Source: Cycas panzhihuaensis
Taxonomy: Eukaryota > Plantae > Cycadophyta
Assembly (NCBI GenBank): GCA_023213395.1
Contig: CM041465.1
Location: 126,797,741 to 126,861,740, forward strand
Direction: 5' to 3'
DNA: 64,000 nucleotides
Of the stretch, positions 1-12,229 are shown piece by piece. A program made the translations under genes and the position numbers. The notes beneath the pieces are model-generated. The model was given only the letters and a program-made list of their open reading frames with translations. It made no database searches and was not told the DNA's origin. How positions within the stretch are numbered: position 1 is the stretch's first letter; each line of letters begins with the position of its first letter.

Positions 1-1490
1 ATTATTGTTACTGCTTTTGTGATGCATTATTGTTGTTGTTACTTTTATGATACTTTATGCTATGTGTGCAAATATAAAAGCATGCTAGATTTAGCAGGGG
101 AATCAGATGTTACTTCTGATCTAAGGTTTCCTTTACTTTAGTACAATGTTTCCAAATATGATTTTGAAAGTTTTGATATAAAATCCATGATGGGATAAAA
201 ATCAGATTAACTTGCCACTAAAATAATGATTTTTTTAAATCTATATGCACGCTATTTTGCCCTATTTTGTGATTTTTTCATAAAATTAACAAATAATGAT
301 AAATGGGTAATTTTTTAGAAATTACAGATATGAAGGCCTAAATGATAAAATCTAAATTTATGACAAAATGAAAGAGTGTTCAGAATGTTATTTTTGATAG
401 ATTTGTGAAGTCAGATTTCAGAAAAGGTACAAAAACTTTTCTGCTCGAAAAAGCACCAAAGTAAATCATGCCAGATCAACTGTCTCAGAATCTAGACTTC
501 AATATGTCAAAAGTTAAATTTTAACATATACATTAACTTTTCCTTCTACACCATCTATAAAATTTGCCAAAAAATTACCCGAAATGCCCTTGCAAGGTCC
601 TTTGTGGGGTTGAGTAGGCAAAATCAGCAACTGTGAGAAAACTGCATAGATCTCACTAATTAGTGGATGAAATTTATCTTAAAATGATCTTAAGACATAA
701 ATATACCAAATCCCTTAATAAAAATTTTAGATATTTATCTTATAATTGAAGGATTTCATTAGGAAATGTGCTTTAAATCACTTATCCACAAAATTTACCC
801 TTTTTATCACAGCTAAAACTTACTGTTTCAGGCTAAATCTAAAGTTTCTCCAAAAGAAAAAAATGATCCTCTAGTGAATTTGACATTGCATACCAAATTT
901 CATCAAATTTTAAGATGGTTGAATTTTTATGAAAATTTAGGCCTTTAATGCTTCGGTCATTCGGTTGAACGGCTTCAAAAACCTGTATTCTTCACCTTTA
1001 AATTTTTTCACACATGTACAAAGTAGTAGCATGCAAAATACTATAATTTTATTCTCTCAAAATATTAAAAAAATAAGGAATGCATTATCAATACATCACA
1101 TTGAAGGTGAAGGAGAGGTAAAATGACTCCATGCAAGTGGAATGGAGTGAATAGATCTGCTTCTAGCTCTGATACCACATGAAGGAATGATGGATCTAGG
1201 AGATAAATCACTCACATGCACACAATGGTAATGGAGAATGAAAAAGAATATAAACAAGATATGAAAGCAAGCTTAGAGATGAGAATGAATAATGACTCCC
1301 TCTTTGAGATTTCACCTTTTATTATTGAGGGTGAGCATTAGAGTTAGGATTTTCCTGCCTAATGACATGAACCTAAAATTACATCTAAATACACATAAAG
1401 TACATTTCATTAAGAGATTAATGCTAATAATATATCCTAAGGTCACATAATTAATCTACACAAATGACCTTGATATATTAACCTCTTTCA
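1..1490 (-). mobile_element. 5' end (LTR + PBS + non-coding leader) of an LTR retrotransposon nested in the copia integrase; runs off the window start
   Basis: gctctgatacca at 1166-1177 is the reverse complement of the tRNA-Met PBS. It is followed by a TG...CA bounded segment (1180-1490), after which copia integrase sequence begins abruptly. Confidence 0.7.
1180..1490 (-). repeat. Putative 5' LTR (~310 bp)
   Basis: Starts tgaagg 2 nt from the PBS and ends ctttca. No partner LTR in the window, so the right end is inferred. Confidence 0.55.
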
Positions 1491-3894
1491 CTTGTTTGTC
1501 GGAGGGGTCAATCAAATAGGTGTTGGTTAACATATTTTCGATCAGAAGTTCTACATAAATAGAGGTTGAAGAAGATCCTTCTTCATCAATATGATATCAT
1601 TCAAAATTAAAATTTGATACGTAACTGGATCCAAAAGTCTATAGGCTTTACTTTATTCACTGTATCTTACGAAGATGTATTTTTGACTTTTAGGATCAAG
1701 TTTCTTATGTTTTTCTTTGGGAACATGTCCCCATGCAATACTTTCAAAGATTCGTAAATGATTGACTGAGGGTTTTCTTCCAGACCACTTTTGTTCTGGA
1801 GTAACATTTTATAGGCATTTACTAGGTAAGCAGTTTAGAAGATAGTTGGAATAGTTAATTACTTCTATCCACAACTTTAGATTAAGGTTCTTTGTATGTA
1901 ACATGCAATGAATCATCTCAATAAGAGCATGGTTCTTGCATTCAACAACACCATTTTGTCGAGGAGTGTATGCAACAAAATGTTAAAATTAAATTCTGTA
2001 CTTTTTATAAAATGAAGTAAATTTACCACTTAAGTATTCCTTTGCATTATTAGATTTAAAAATTTTAATTTTTGAGTTTGATTGGTTTTCAATAAGTGTT
2101 TTGAATTCTGTAAAGATATTAAAAACTTGTCTATGTGTTTTGAGTGTGTATACCTAACATTTTCTGAAAAAATCATCAATAAACATGACAAAATAACAAG
2201 AGCCAGAATATGATGTTGTATGAAATGGTCCACATATGTTAGAGTGAATAAGTTCAAGTGAAACTTTTGCTCTAAATTGAGTTTTATGTGGAAAAGGGTC
2301 CATGTGTTGCTTACCTATTACACAAGCTTCATAGACACCATAAACAATATTTAAAGATGGAATACCATGAACCATGTCATGTCTTTTTAGGTATTGAAGT
2401 TTGGCATAACTAGTATGGCCAAATCGTGCATGCTAAAGTTTACTAATTAAGTCAGATTTGGTTATAAAGGCACTGCAGGGTTTTATTTTGTTATTTTGTA
2501 AACTTATTAAACTATAGAGACCTGTGCTATGATCAATAGGTCTAGAGATAATACATTAAAATTTTTTTAATAGTTCTTTAATAATAAATTTATCTTTCCA
2601 AAATTCGACGACAAGATTTTGCTGGCAGATTTGGTAAATTGATAGTAGGTTTAGTAACAAACTAGATACGTAGAAGATGTCCTTTATTGAACTATCTTTT
2701 AAAGTAACATCACATAATCCTTTTACTTTAAGTTGGGTTCCACTTCCAAAAGAAATCTCTTCTTCAGAGTTAGTTTTGGATTGATAAGTAGATAAGTTTT
2801 TCTAGTGTCCTATCATGTGATGGAATGCACTAGAGTCAAAGATCCATTATGGTGGTTAATTAGTTAAGGCAACAAATGTAGAAGTCGTTTCTATTAGAGA
2901 ATGATTATTAGTTTGTTATTGATTTTGTAGTTAGGATTGAGGTTGATTTTGCAATCCCTTGGAAGCTTTCCATGCTTCTAAAGCTATTCTACTTCTACAT
3001 ACATCAATAGTCTCTTTTATGATAATAGGCACAACTAGTGTTCTGAGAAGAATTTACATTGTTCCAATTAGGAAAGGACTAATTATAAGTATTATGATGT
3101 TTAGATGGACTACAATACTTAATATTATTTTGGGAGTTAGATTGTGAACTTCTATGAGGTTTCTAAAATTTTAGATTACTATTAAAATTGTTCTGATGTT
3201 TGTTTTTATTTTGTGACTTAGTTTTGGAAAATAAAGCTTGGGAAGAATCTTTTAATATGCCTATCTGAATTAACATCATTTGATATTCTATCAGTTAGTT
3301 TATCAATTGATTAAGTGTTATAAGAGGATTGTCAGCTTGTTGTCTATCTATTTTGAAAAAAATAAAATGTTTTGGTAATTTATTTATTGCAAGACGAACA
3401 AGCATATCATCGTCTTTAACGTGGGTGATTATTTATTTGGTATCACCTACTTTAGTTTTAGATTTAATATAGTTACCTATGTCTTTATTAATTAGTTAAA
3501 TTTTGTATAAAAAATCCTCAACCTTGGAAAAATCATCATAATTAAGGTCATACAATTGCTATTCTAAGACAGCCAGTTGATGTGTATTAACCTTATTATA
3601 TTTTTCTTGTAGAGTGTTCTAGACAGTGGCTAGATCATCTATTTCAGGAAATTGTCGACTAATTTCTAGTGAAAGTGAGTTCAAGATGGTACCTAGGGAT
3701 GAATCTAAGTTCATCAGATATACCATATAACTTTCTGTAGTTTCATCTTTTAGTTTTTTAAATTCACCTATTACATATCGCCATATCTTTTATTGTTTAA
3801 GCTAATGGGATATGCGATTCCTCTAGTAGGCATAGTTTGAGTTGGTTAGAACTAGAATTGGAATACAGGTGGTTGTCCCTGGCATTAGTGCCAT
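1491..3894 (-). pseudogene. Degenerate copia gag-protease-integrase
   Basis: Gag start MALMPGTT..NSNYAY*..KIWRYVIGE; protease WIFDSSAFHHM; integrase EACVIGKQH..LELIHSNICGP..YFVMFIDDF (ORF 2154-2375) and YTPRQNGVVE. Many stops. Confidence 0.9.
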
Positions 3895-4559
3895 CTTGGG
3901 AATTGTAAGAATGATTAAAAGTCAAAAGATTTAGAAAATCTAAATGAATAAGTGTAGGTGAAAAAGTCACATAAAAAATTTGTCAAACATTAGAGTAATT
4001 TTATTAACATTTCATAGACATGTTTAAGAAACTGAAAATCATTGTTATATGTTTGGATACACTTCCCCTAAAAAGAATTAAATGTTTCATTTTTCTGAAA
4101 AAAATATTAATAGTCCCCCTTATATATTTGAAAAATAAGTTACTTGTTCAATTATTAAGAAAAATAATAATAAAGGTGTTATATAGTCTAATTACCCTTT
4201 AGTTATCTATATAATGATAAAAAAATAAAATTAAATAAAGTTTTAAATGGTTCTTCTTTAGAAAAGAGTTGCTCACTTAAGACAACTTTTAAAGTATTTA
4301 CTAGATAAATGAAGCTCAATTAAAGGCTATTAGGATATCTATTATTGCTAAGTTATTGAACCTATAGTTTCAATGTGAATTAGAAAAAGGAAAATAGGAA
4401 ACAGTAAATACATAAATAGACTAATAAGACATATTAAGTTATCATAGTTAGTCTCCCTAGGTCATATCATTTTTTGAGAGAGGGGACGAATATGAGGCCA
4501 TAAATGCTAAGAAGGAAAGAATAATTTGGTCCTTTCAAGAGATTAAATGTTTAATATAA

Positions 4560-5060
4560 TAAGAGGGAGTTAAAGGTTAACATTAAAATGTAATGTTATC
4601 ATTAAATTGTAGTAAAAAAGGGAGGGGGGGGGGGTTATAATAAAATGTAATAGGGATAATGTTAAAAATGAAGTAATGGGATGATAATGTTAATAAATGT
4701 AATAGAGGGGGAACTGCTTTTAATCTTAAAGTGTAATAGAGGGGGGTTAATTTTAATAATAAAATGTAAATAAGGAAGGGTTAATATTAAAAAGGTAAAT
4801 CAAATGTAATAAAAAGGAATTAATAAGGTGGGGAATGTAACAAGTATGAAATAAAATAAGGGAAGGTTTGATTTATAAACTAGATGTTATAAGGGGGGGA
4901 ATGTAATAAAAAGAAATTAATAAGGGGGGGAATGTAACAAGTATGAAATAAAATAGGGGAAGGGTTGATTTGTAAACCAAAGGTTATAAGCGGAGGGGTT
5001 AAAATTATCCTAAAGGTTATTTATATAGGAGGGGATTTGTAAAAATAACTTAAAGTTTAT
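4560..5060. repeat. G-run/AT-rich low-complexity repeats, including a ~97-bp tandem duplication (about 4804-4990)
   Basis: aatgtaacaagtatgaaataaaata..gaagg occurs twice; recurring aatgtaata.aggggg motifs. Confidence 0.75.
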
Positions 5061-5467
5061 TGTATTGAATATATTTATAAATAAAATAAAAATGAATGAA
5101 AAGAATGTGAACCTGATGGGTTTGTTCAATTTTTAAAAGAAAATTAATGTAAAATAAGGTTTGGGGTCTGAGGGGGGAAAATGGATGAAACCCTTACCTA
5201 TTACAATTTCTCCATGGCAGTGGCGAAGGATTGCTTCATCTGTTTTGAAGGAGCGACGATGTCAACAAATGATTCGATCTTCATCTGGTTCATTCGTCTT
5301 CGACTGGTTGGAGATACACCTCATTCCCTTGTCGAAGGCTGAGAGCAAGAGATTCATGGCATGGTATCCAACTAGAGGTTCATGGCTAAGGCTATTGATA
5401 TTTGAGTAAACCCTTGGTAAGGAGATTACTCAGAAGATTGGGATTTCAACACAATTTCTAGATTCGA

Positions 5468-5701
5468 TCATCTGGAAATGCCTAACTCCTAACTGAAATT
5501 ACTGAGGCCAATAATGTGAAGGAAAAACTGGTTGGTTCTAAAGTTATTAGAATTAGGGCCACCCACGATGCAAATGACAGGCAATTTCTCGCTATAAGCT
5601 CCCGCAATGGCATTGAGCATGCTAAGGCCACTAATAGTTAATGTAACAACACAAGCTCCAACGCCCCTAGATCTTGCATAACCATCTGCAACATATCCTG
5701 C
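5468..5701 (-). pseudogene. PDC: Pyruvate decarboxylase fragment (N-terminal pyrimidine-binding domain)
   Basis: Translates [72 protein letters not shown], close to plant PDC [57 protein letters not shown]. Confidence 0.95.
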
Positions 5702-5770
5702 ATAAGCCTGCGAGCCAGATGCCGACTAAGCTTGTGAGCCAGATGCTTGATGCCGACCCAAGCATATCAT

Positions 5771-5839
5771 TAAGTTTCTTTTCCTCTGCTTAGTGATATG
5801 CTTAAATTCAGTGGGTGCTCTCGCCTAACCTGGGGTCAC
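5771..5839 (-). rRNA. Non-functional fragment of the 25S/26S rRNA 5' end, possibly with adjoining ITS2 to ~5900
   Basis: Reverse complement gtgaccccaggttaggcgagagcacccactgaatttaagcatatcactaagcagaggaaaagaaactta matches the conserved LSU start, including the ITS4 primer site with two mismatches. Confidence 0.9.
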
Positions 5840-5933
5840 AGCATTCCTGCCAGGATTGCACAGAACTATATGTTGCACGACGCTTAAATTTGGTAGACTC
5901 CCTATGTCATTGCTTATCGGTTTGCTGCCATTC

Positions 5934-6077
5934 AGTTGATGGCATTACAACCCAAGCATAACCCCATGTGTTTGTTAATTCTACAAATGCACTCCCTGCC
6001 TTTACAACCCTAAACTTTGGGATCCCAATTAAAACTGACTTTACTACTGCATTAAGGAAATCTGTTGCCTTTTCAAT
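5934..6077 (-). pseudogene. PDC: Pyruvate decarboxylase fragment (middle domain)
   Basis: IEKATDFLNAVVKSVLIGIPKFRVVKAGSAFVELTNTWGYAWVVMPST resembles plant PDC VEATAEFLNKAVKPVLVGGPKLRVAKACDAFVELADASGYALAVMPSA. Confidence 0.85.
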
Positions 6078-6089
6078 GGGATCGCAGGT

Positions 6090-6315
6090 TTGTTTTTGTG
6101 GTGTGCTATGATAGATATGCATGTCAAATATGGGAGCATGGAAGATGCATATAAAGTTTTTGACAAAATGCCTGAACATAATATGGTTATGTGAATTGCG
6201 ATAACAACATGATACACATAAGTGGGAGAAGCTCTGAAGCTCTTTCAGAAAATGCCTCAACAAAAGGTTATCTCATGGAATGTGATGATAGCAGGACATG
6301 TACTGAATGAGCTTT
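6090..6315 (+). pseudogene. PLS-class pentatricopeptide-repeat (PPR) gene fragment
   Basis: AMIDMHVKYGSMEDAYKVFDKMPEHNMVM*..EALKLFQKMPQQKVISWNVMIAGH shows typical PLS-PPR motifs with stops. Confidence 0.9.
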
Positions 6316-6346
6316 GAGCAACCATTTTCTCAAGAAGGATTTATGT

Positions 6347-6358
6347 GCTCTAATACCA
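6347..6358 (-). promoter_or_regulatory. tRNA-Met primer-binding site of copia A
   Basis: gctctaatacca (reverse complement TGGTATTAGAGC) directly abuts the LTR terminus at 6359. Confidence 0.8.
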
Positions 6359-6802
6359 TGTAAGAATAGGTACAGGCACAATGTCATAGGATCACAAAGA
6401 TAGAAAATTATAGGAAAATAGACATTGCACATGTACACAGATTTTGCCAGGTGGAAAACCCCTTATGGGGAAGAAAAACCACCTCCTAAGCTATAATTTT
6501 ATTAAAATTAGAAACTATACAAAGACCTTAAAAAATACACTTTAAAAACATCAAACTAGCCTTTGAAATAGGCTTTGGACAACCTCCTAGATTCTCTAAA
6601 CCACCTCCTTGAATCTAGGGCAAGGTATTAATAATAAGAAAGGCTTGTTGAAATGGGCAGTTACACATTTCAATGACCTTTCACATAATAATTAAATATA
6701 AACTCTTAACTTTAAACCTTTGAATCACTTAAATGTTTATTTACACATGTGACTTAAATATAAAATAACAATAAAATAAAAGTAACATTAATAATCCTAA
6801 CA
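6359..6802 (-). repeat. 5' LTR of copia A
   Basis: tgtaag...ctaaca termini; internal gtggaaaacccc..gggaagaaaaaccacc motif typical of copia LTRs. Confidence 0.65.
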
Positions 6803-7751
6803 GGAATAAATTTTACTTTTAATGGGAATTATATATTCTAGACTATAAACTAGAGAAGATGTGACAAATCCATTAGCTATCATGACAATGGATCAATTGA
6901 GATATAAGGATGGATAAATTTAACAATGCTAATAATTTTTGTATTCATTAATGATAGTTTTCAAAAGTGATAATCAAGAGAAGGGTGATACAAGACAATG
7001 TGAAAGGTAAGGTAGATACACGTGTTATATTTGGCAATGGAGCTATAAATGTTGAATATATTGTCATATAAATATGAGATGGGAATAATTGGTAGGGAAA
7101 CAAGTTGGGGATGAGAAGTATGTGGGAGGTGTAAGTGAATGCAATGAATGTGGGCACTTTAGAAATAGAGTCATAGAGTATTAATTCAATGAGTATTAAG
7201 GGTATTTTCATAAATATGATGATCTCGATATGCAAGTAGTGATTGTTTAGATGATAGTAAAAGAAATAATGTTAGGAGGTTAACCATAATCAAAGGTTAT
7301 AAGAGAGTTAAATTCAAGAATATTACTAACTTGTATATATGAATGGTTATTAAAATTGATATCTATAAAGAATAAACAAAATGATAACTATTAGGTAATA
7401 TAAGGCAATATGGTAGTCAATAGCTAGGTATGTGTAATGTTACTAGCAAGCATAACATTATAGGAAGTAAAAGTGATACACATGAAGCAATGATGCTATT
7501 TTAAGGCATTTACTTAGATACATATAATTACCTTATAATTCCATAGGGTTGGTAGGGAGTTAATGAATAATTACATTGTAAGATCTCCATCAATGTGACT
7601 TAAACAATTTGCATAAAATTTGCACTATTTATATATATACAGAAGCAAGGAGGTTAATAGAGATTACCTAAGAGTTATCAAAGTACAAAAACCTTTGCAT
7701 GGGTCAAGGTTTAGAAATTGTTAAGCAACTCCTTGTAAAGGATGTCTCTAG

Positions 7752-10700
7752 TGTTAAATACCTCAGAATATAAGAAATCATGTGCTTTGATCAATATATT
7801 AAGTAAAATAATATAACTATGTAATAAAACATGTGAAACAAATAAGCATAACTCATATGGATAAAGTATGGGTGAATTTGTCACCACATAGAACTCTATT
7901 TGGGAGGATCTTCTACATTAATCATAATCCAATGTATAATACAATGGTGCCAGTCTTAATTTATAGTCAACTTGCCAATAATTGAAAGATACAATAGGCT
8001 GACTAAGCAACAAATAAGGCAGATCTGACTAGTTTATATAATAACATTAAATTATAATAAAGGGTCGCATTAATATTATACAATGTGCACAAATTATATG
8101 AAATATAAGAAATGATGGGTGTTATTATATGGTTTTAACACCATCCCTTAATAGGAGCTTCATTTCTTCTGATACTGAGGTCATGTGTAAACTGTTTAAA
8201 CTTTGATTTACTAAGAGCTTTGGTGAAGATGTCCACAACTTGGTCCTCAGTTAGATGATAGATGAAATTAGCTTCTCCGTTCTAGACATGTTCATGGATG
8301 AAGTGATGATGGACCTCAATGTATTTGATTCTATCATTAAATATATGATTCCATATCTAATACACTTTGATTGTGGTAATCAAGAATGATGGGTGCATGT
8401 TGTTGAAGTCCAAGTTTAGTAAGAATGCTTTTAAGACAAATCAACTCAGTTGTATGATGGACAACTACTTTATATTATATTTTGATGGAGGAAATAGAAA
8501 CACTTGGCTGCTTATTACAGCTCCATGAGATTACAACTAAATTTGCGTCAAAATAATAACATAAAGTTGAGTTGTGAGTGTCTTGGCAACTTGCCCATTC
8601 AACATCTATATGTCCCTTTAGTATAGGGGAATTAGATTAGTTATACTTAAGGCCAAACTGATGTGTACCATAGATATATTTGAGAATCCTAGTGTAGACT
8701 TTCTAATGAGATACTTTTGGTTATGACATGTACCTAGAATAGATCCCTACTACATATAAAATATCCATACGAGTGTGGGTGAAATAGATGAGGCTCTCAA
8801 CTAATTGTTGGTACAAAGTGGGATCAAAAGGCTTTCCTTGTTTATCTAGGTTTGGGTTAGTTCCTTTCACCATAGGAATTAGTGTTATTTTATACATTGT
8901 CATCCTAATTTTTTCTAAATTCTCATTGGTATACTTTGTTTGAGTCATGAAGATGTGTCTTAGTTCTTGTCAAACATAATGTTCAAGGAAGTAGTGGAGT
9001 AACCTATGATCTATTATCTCAAAGTTACTTTTTAATTATGATTAAAGCTAAACAAGGCCATCTGTGTCATTGTCAATGATTACAAGATCATTTACATAGA
9101 GAACAATAATTGTGGTCAAATTATCTCTAACCCGAATGTAGAGATCTAGGTCATAGGGTGAACAATTGAATCCATCCTAGTTAAGGACAATATCAATCTT
9201 TATACACCAGGTACATTGTGCTTGTTTCAGTTTATAAATGGATTTTTTAAGTCTACATACTGAGTATTCTTATCTTGGAATAGTATAGATGGGGTGTTGT
9301 TTGAAGAAAACCTCTTCTTTAAGGTCTCTATTGAGGAAAGTACCCTTCACATCCATTTGCTAAATATGCTAATTAAATTAGATTGCTAAGGACATAACCA
9401 AATGGAATGTGATCACATTAGCTACCGGTGCAAAGGTCTTGTCATAATCAATCCCCTCTTGTTATTTTAAACTTCTTACTATAAGGCAGGCTTTGCAAGT
9501 GTCATATTTTGTAAGGCCTTTTAGCAGTTATGGGAGGAGGAGCATCCATTAATAATTGTTATATACATTAGGATTTAGTTGAATGCTAGTGGCTTCCACC
9601 TAAAGGTCATCAACTAAAATTTGAGGTAAAGTTATACTTTCTTGAGTTGTTAATGTAGATGCTACTGGAATCGATGAAGGAGCTGGAGTGTAGAAGGAGG
9701 CTAGTATTGGTGGCTCCATAATTTGTCAAAGAGTCACTTAAGATGCACAAACTTCTTCTACCACTATAATATAAGGTTGAGGTGGAGGTAGGTCCTATGA
9801 ATCTTATATAAATATTATATCTCATGTTGTGTAAACTTGGTTCCCAACCATGTCAAACACTTTATAGGCTTTACAACTAAGTACATAGCTAAGGAAGATG
9901 CATTTCAGGATCTTGTCATCAAGCTTATTTTTATTTTCCTTTGAAATATATTTATATTCCATACATCCAAATATCTTCACAAGTGCTACCGATGGTTTCT
10001 GACCTGACCAAACTTCTTCAAGAGTAATATTTCTAACTGTAATTTTGGGACTTATGTTGGTTAGATAAGTAGTTATGGTTGTGCCACCAACCCAAGATCT
10101 GGTGGTAAGATTTGCAATACTAAGCATGACTTTTCCTTTATTTATCAATGTCTAATTCATTCTTTTAACTACACCATTTTGTTGAGGTGTGTGGGGAGCT
10201 AAGAACTGATGTTGGATTCCATGTTCCTTGCCTAAAATGTTAAATTGATTAGAAATATACTCACCACCATTATTAGATCTAAGGAGCTTGATTATCTTTA
10301 TACTTTTCTTTTCTATGGTAGCTTTGAACTCTTTGAATTTATTTAGGGTTTTATACTTATTTCTCAGGAAATAGACCTACATTTTCCTTGAGAAGTCATC
10401 TATGAATGTGATGAAATGCTAGTTTTTATCGAGTGGTTAGACAAGTACCAACCTACAAATTTCTAGGTGGACCATTTATAATGATGCTGAGGATCTCCAT
10501 GCATTCTTAGAAGGAAAATTTTCTCTTTAGTGCTTTTCTATTAGGTAAGCCTTACATATATTGTTGTACCTCTTAATTTTATGTAAACCATGTACCATTT
10601 GGGGCTTAAACATGATGTCTAAGCTTTGCATGGTTAAATGACTTAGGCATTAATGCCATAGGCATACTTTGGAGCTATTTGAGATGATAATTTCCTTTCA

Positions 10701-12220
10701 ATATGAGAATTCACTCGGTTCTTATATACAAGGGGACTCTCCATTAATGACTTCATTTACCTTATCTATTTGAGCTTTGTTGGTCATTGAACAAGCTTCA
10801 TTTTATGGAGTAGTTGTAAGGGGCATACCACCCAACCTATATAGGCCACCATTTTCATGTCTTATGGCCACAAGTTTGCATGTTGCATGATATGTGATTC
10901 TACTAATACCCTAGCCAAAGATGATATCTAAATTCTATTTGTTTATTTCATTGATAAAGAGCAAGTTCATCTCCATTTTAGGTGCAAGGAATATATTATT
11001 GATGTGGTGCCTTATATTGGAGTCCTTCAAGGCTATTGGATCCCTACAAATTTTGGTCATTATTGTAAGTCAAATTATCCTAAAATGTGATAGTTTGAGT
11101 ATCAATTGGTCAGGTGTCTTTTAACATTTTTTTCTAATCCGATCATATATCTGGTTGCACTTGAGTCAAGGAGCCATGTATCCTCATCAAGTTGTGAAGA
11201 AAGAGCTACAAAGAATAGGCTATGGAAGGAGGAATCCTAATTGTCTACCACATTACTTTCCTATTATTTATTATTATGCTGGTTCCTTTAATTTTTGATA
11301 GTAAATTGCTGCTTATTTTAAGGTCTCTGTCCTTAAGTGGGTCTCAGATTCCAATTATGTTGGTATAATTGGCCTTGTGGTTGGAATGATGGCCTTCTTA
11401 CTACTGAATAAGGCCTCTTTATTGGAAATATGGGCCTCTTTGTTACAAAATAAGACCTCTCCATTATGGAAACGAGGCTCCTTGTAGAAGGCACGATCCT
11501 CCTTACTAATATCCTTATCTCTATTAAGAGTAACTAGGACCTCCTTATTGATATGAGGGTGGTCCTTATTAGTAGATTAGGCTTAATTGCGGATAATAAG
11601 AGGTAGTTTATTAGAAAGGAGGCCCATATGATTGACTCCCTTGATTTTACAAGAGTTGTGAATCAACTTGTCCTCACTTGCATTCAAGAACTAAGCATAT
11701 TTTTTTGTCATAGTAGAGGTAACTGACATTTGGTCTAACCTATTAATTATTTTAAAATTGTGCATATGGATAGTATTGAGACTTCTGATGCTAATGACTT
11801 AGATGGGAGGAGGACGTGTTAATTGGTTATTACTTTTCTTAGGTTGGTTGTTGATATGGATCTTGAGAGATGCTTAGAGAATCTAAGTGTTGAGTTAAAT
11901 CTTGGTGTTGACTAAGCTGTTGAGTTGATCTATTGATAGTCTTATGGTTTTCTGAGTTATGGGCTATAAAGGTAGGAGCAGGGTCAGATATAGATATCGC
12001 CCCAAGTCAGTTGAGTATATTCTCCTCTTGTAATAAGAGTTCCCCATAGGTCATGGAGTCTATTTTGGAATAATTATCATGTAATTTGGAAATAAAGGAG
12101 TTATATTCTATGGGTAGGATGTTAATGATGCTAAAGATTAAATCATGGTTTAACAGTGGTTCATTAAGGATTATATCTTAATTCCTAGTTATTTTGACTT
12201 CAATCAAGTGGTGTGTAATG
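7752..12220 (-). mobile_element. Ty1/copia element B, 5'-truncated, same family as element D
   Basis: 3' LTR ~7752-8140 (tgttaa..ttaaca), PPT ccatccctt 8141-8149, RNase H (KYIEVHHHFIHEHV..DQVVDIFTKAL), RT (YQQLVESLIYFTHTR; MDVKGTFLN), integrase, protease WLLDSSAT, gag to ~12220. Collinear with 36512-41330. Confidence 0.9.
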
Positions 12221-12229
12221 TTGCCAAAA

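Larger units (their letters stand above)
1491..6802 (-). mobile_element. Ty1/copia element A: 5' LTR, PBS, ~2.45 kb leader with host fragments, gag-PR-INT; interrupted at 1490
   Basis: LTR 6359-6802, PBS 6347-6358 and gag-pol remnant 3894->1491 all on the minus strand in canonical order. Confidence 0.7.

Noticed and set aside
5161-5467. CpG-retaining coding-like stretch (ORF 5161-5409)
   Set aside because: No frame I translated resembled a family I recognise; left unassigned.
5771-5839. Functional rDNA locus
   Set aside because: Only ~70 nt, mutated, with no 5.8S, 18S or remainder of 26S.
5907-6263. 118-aa ORF as a novel gene
   Set aside because: It is a chance fusion of the antisense PPR fragment with the PDC middle-domain fragment.
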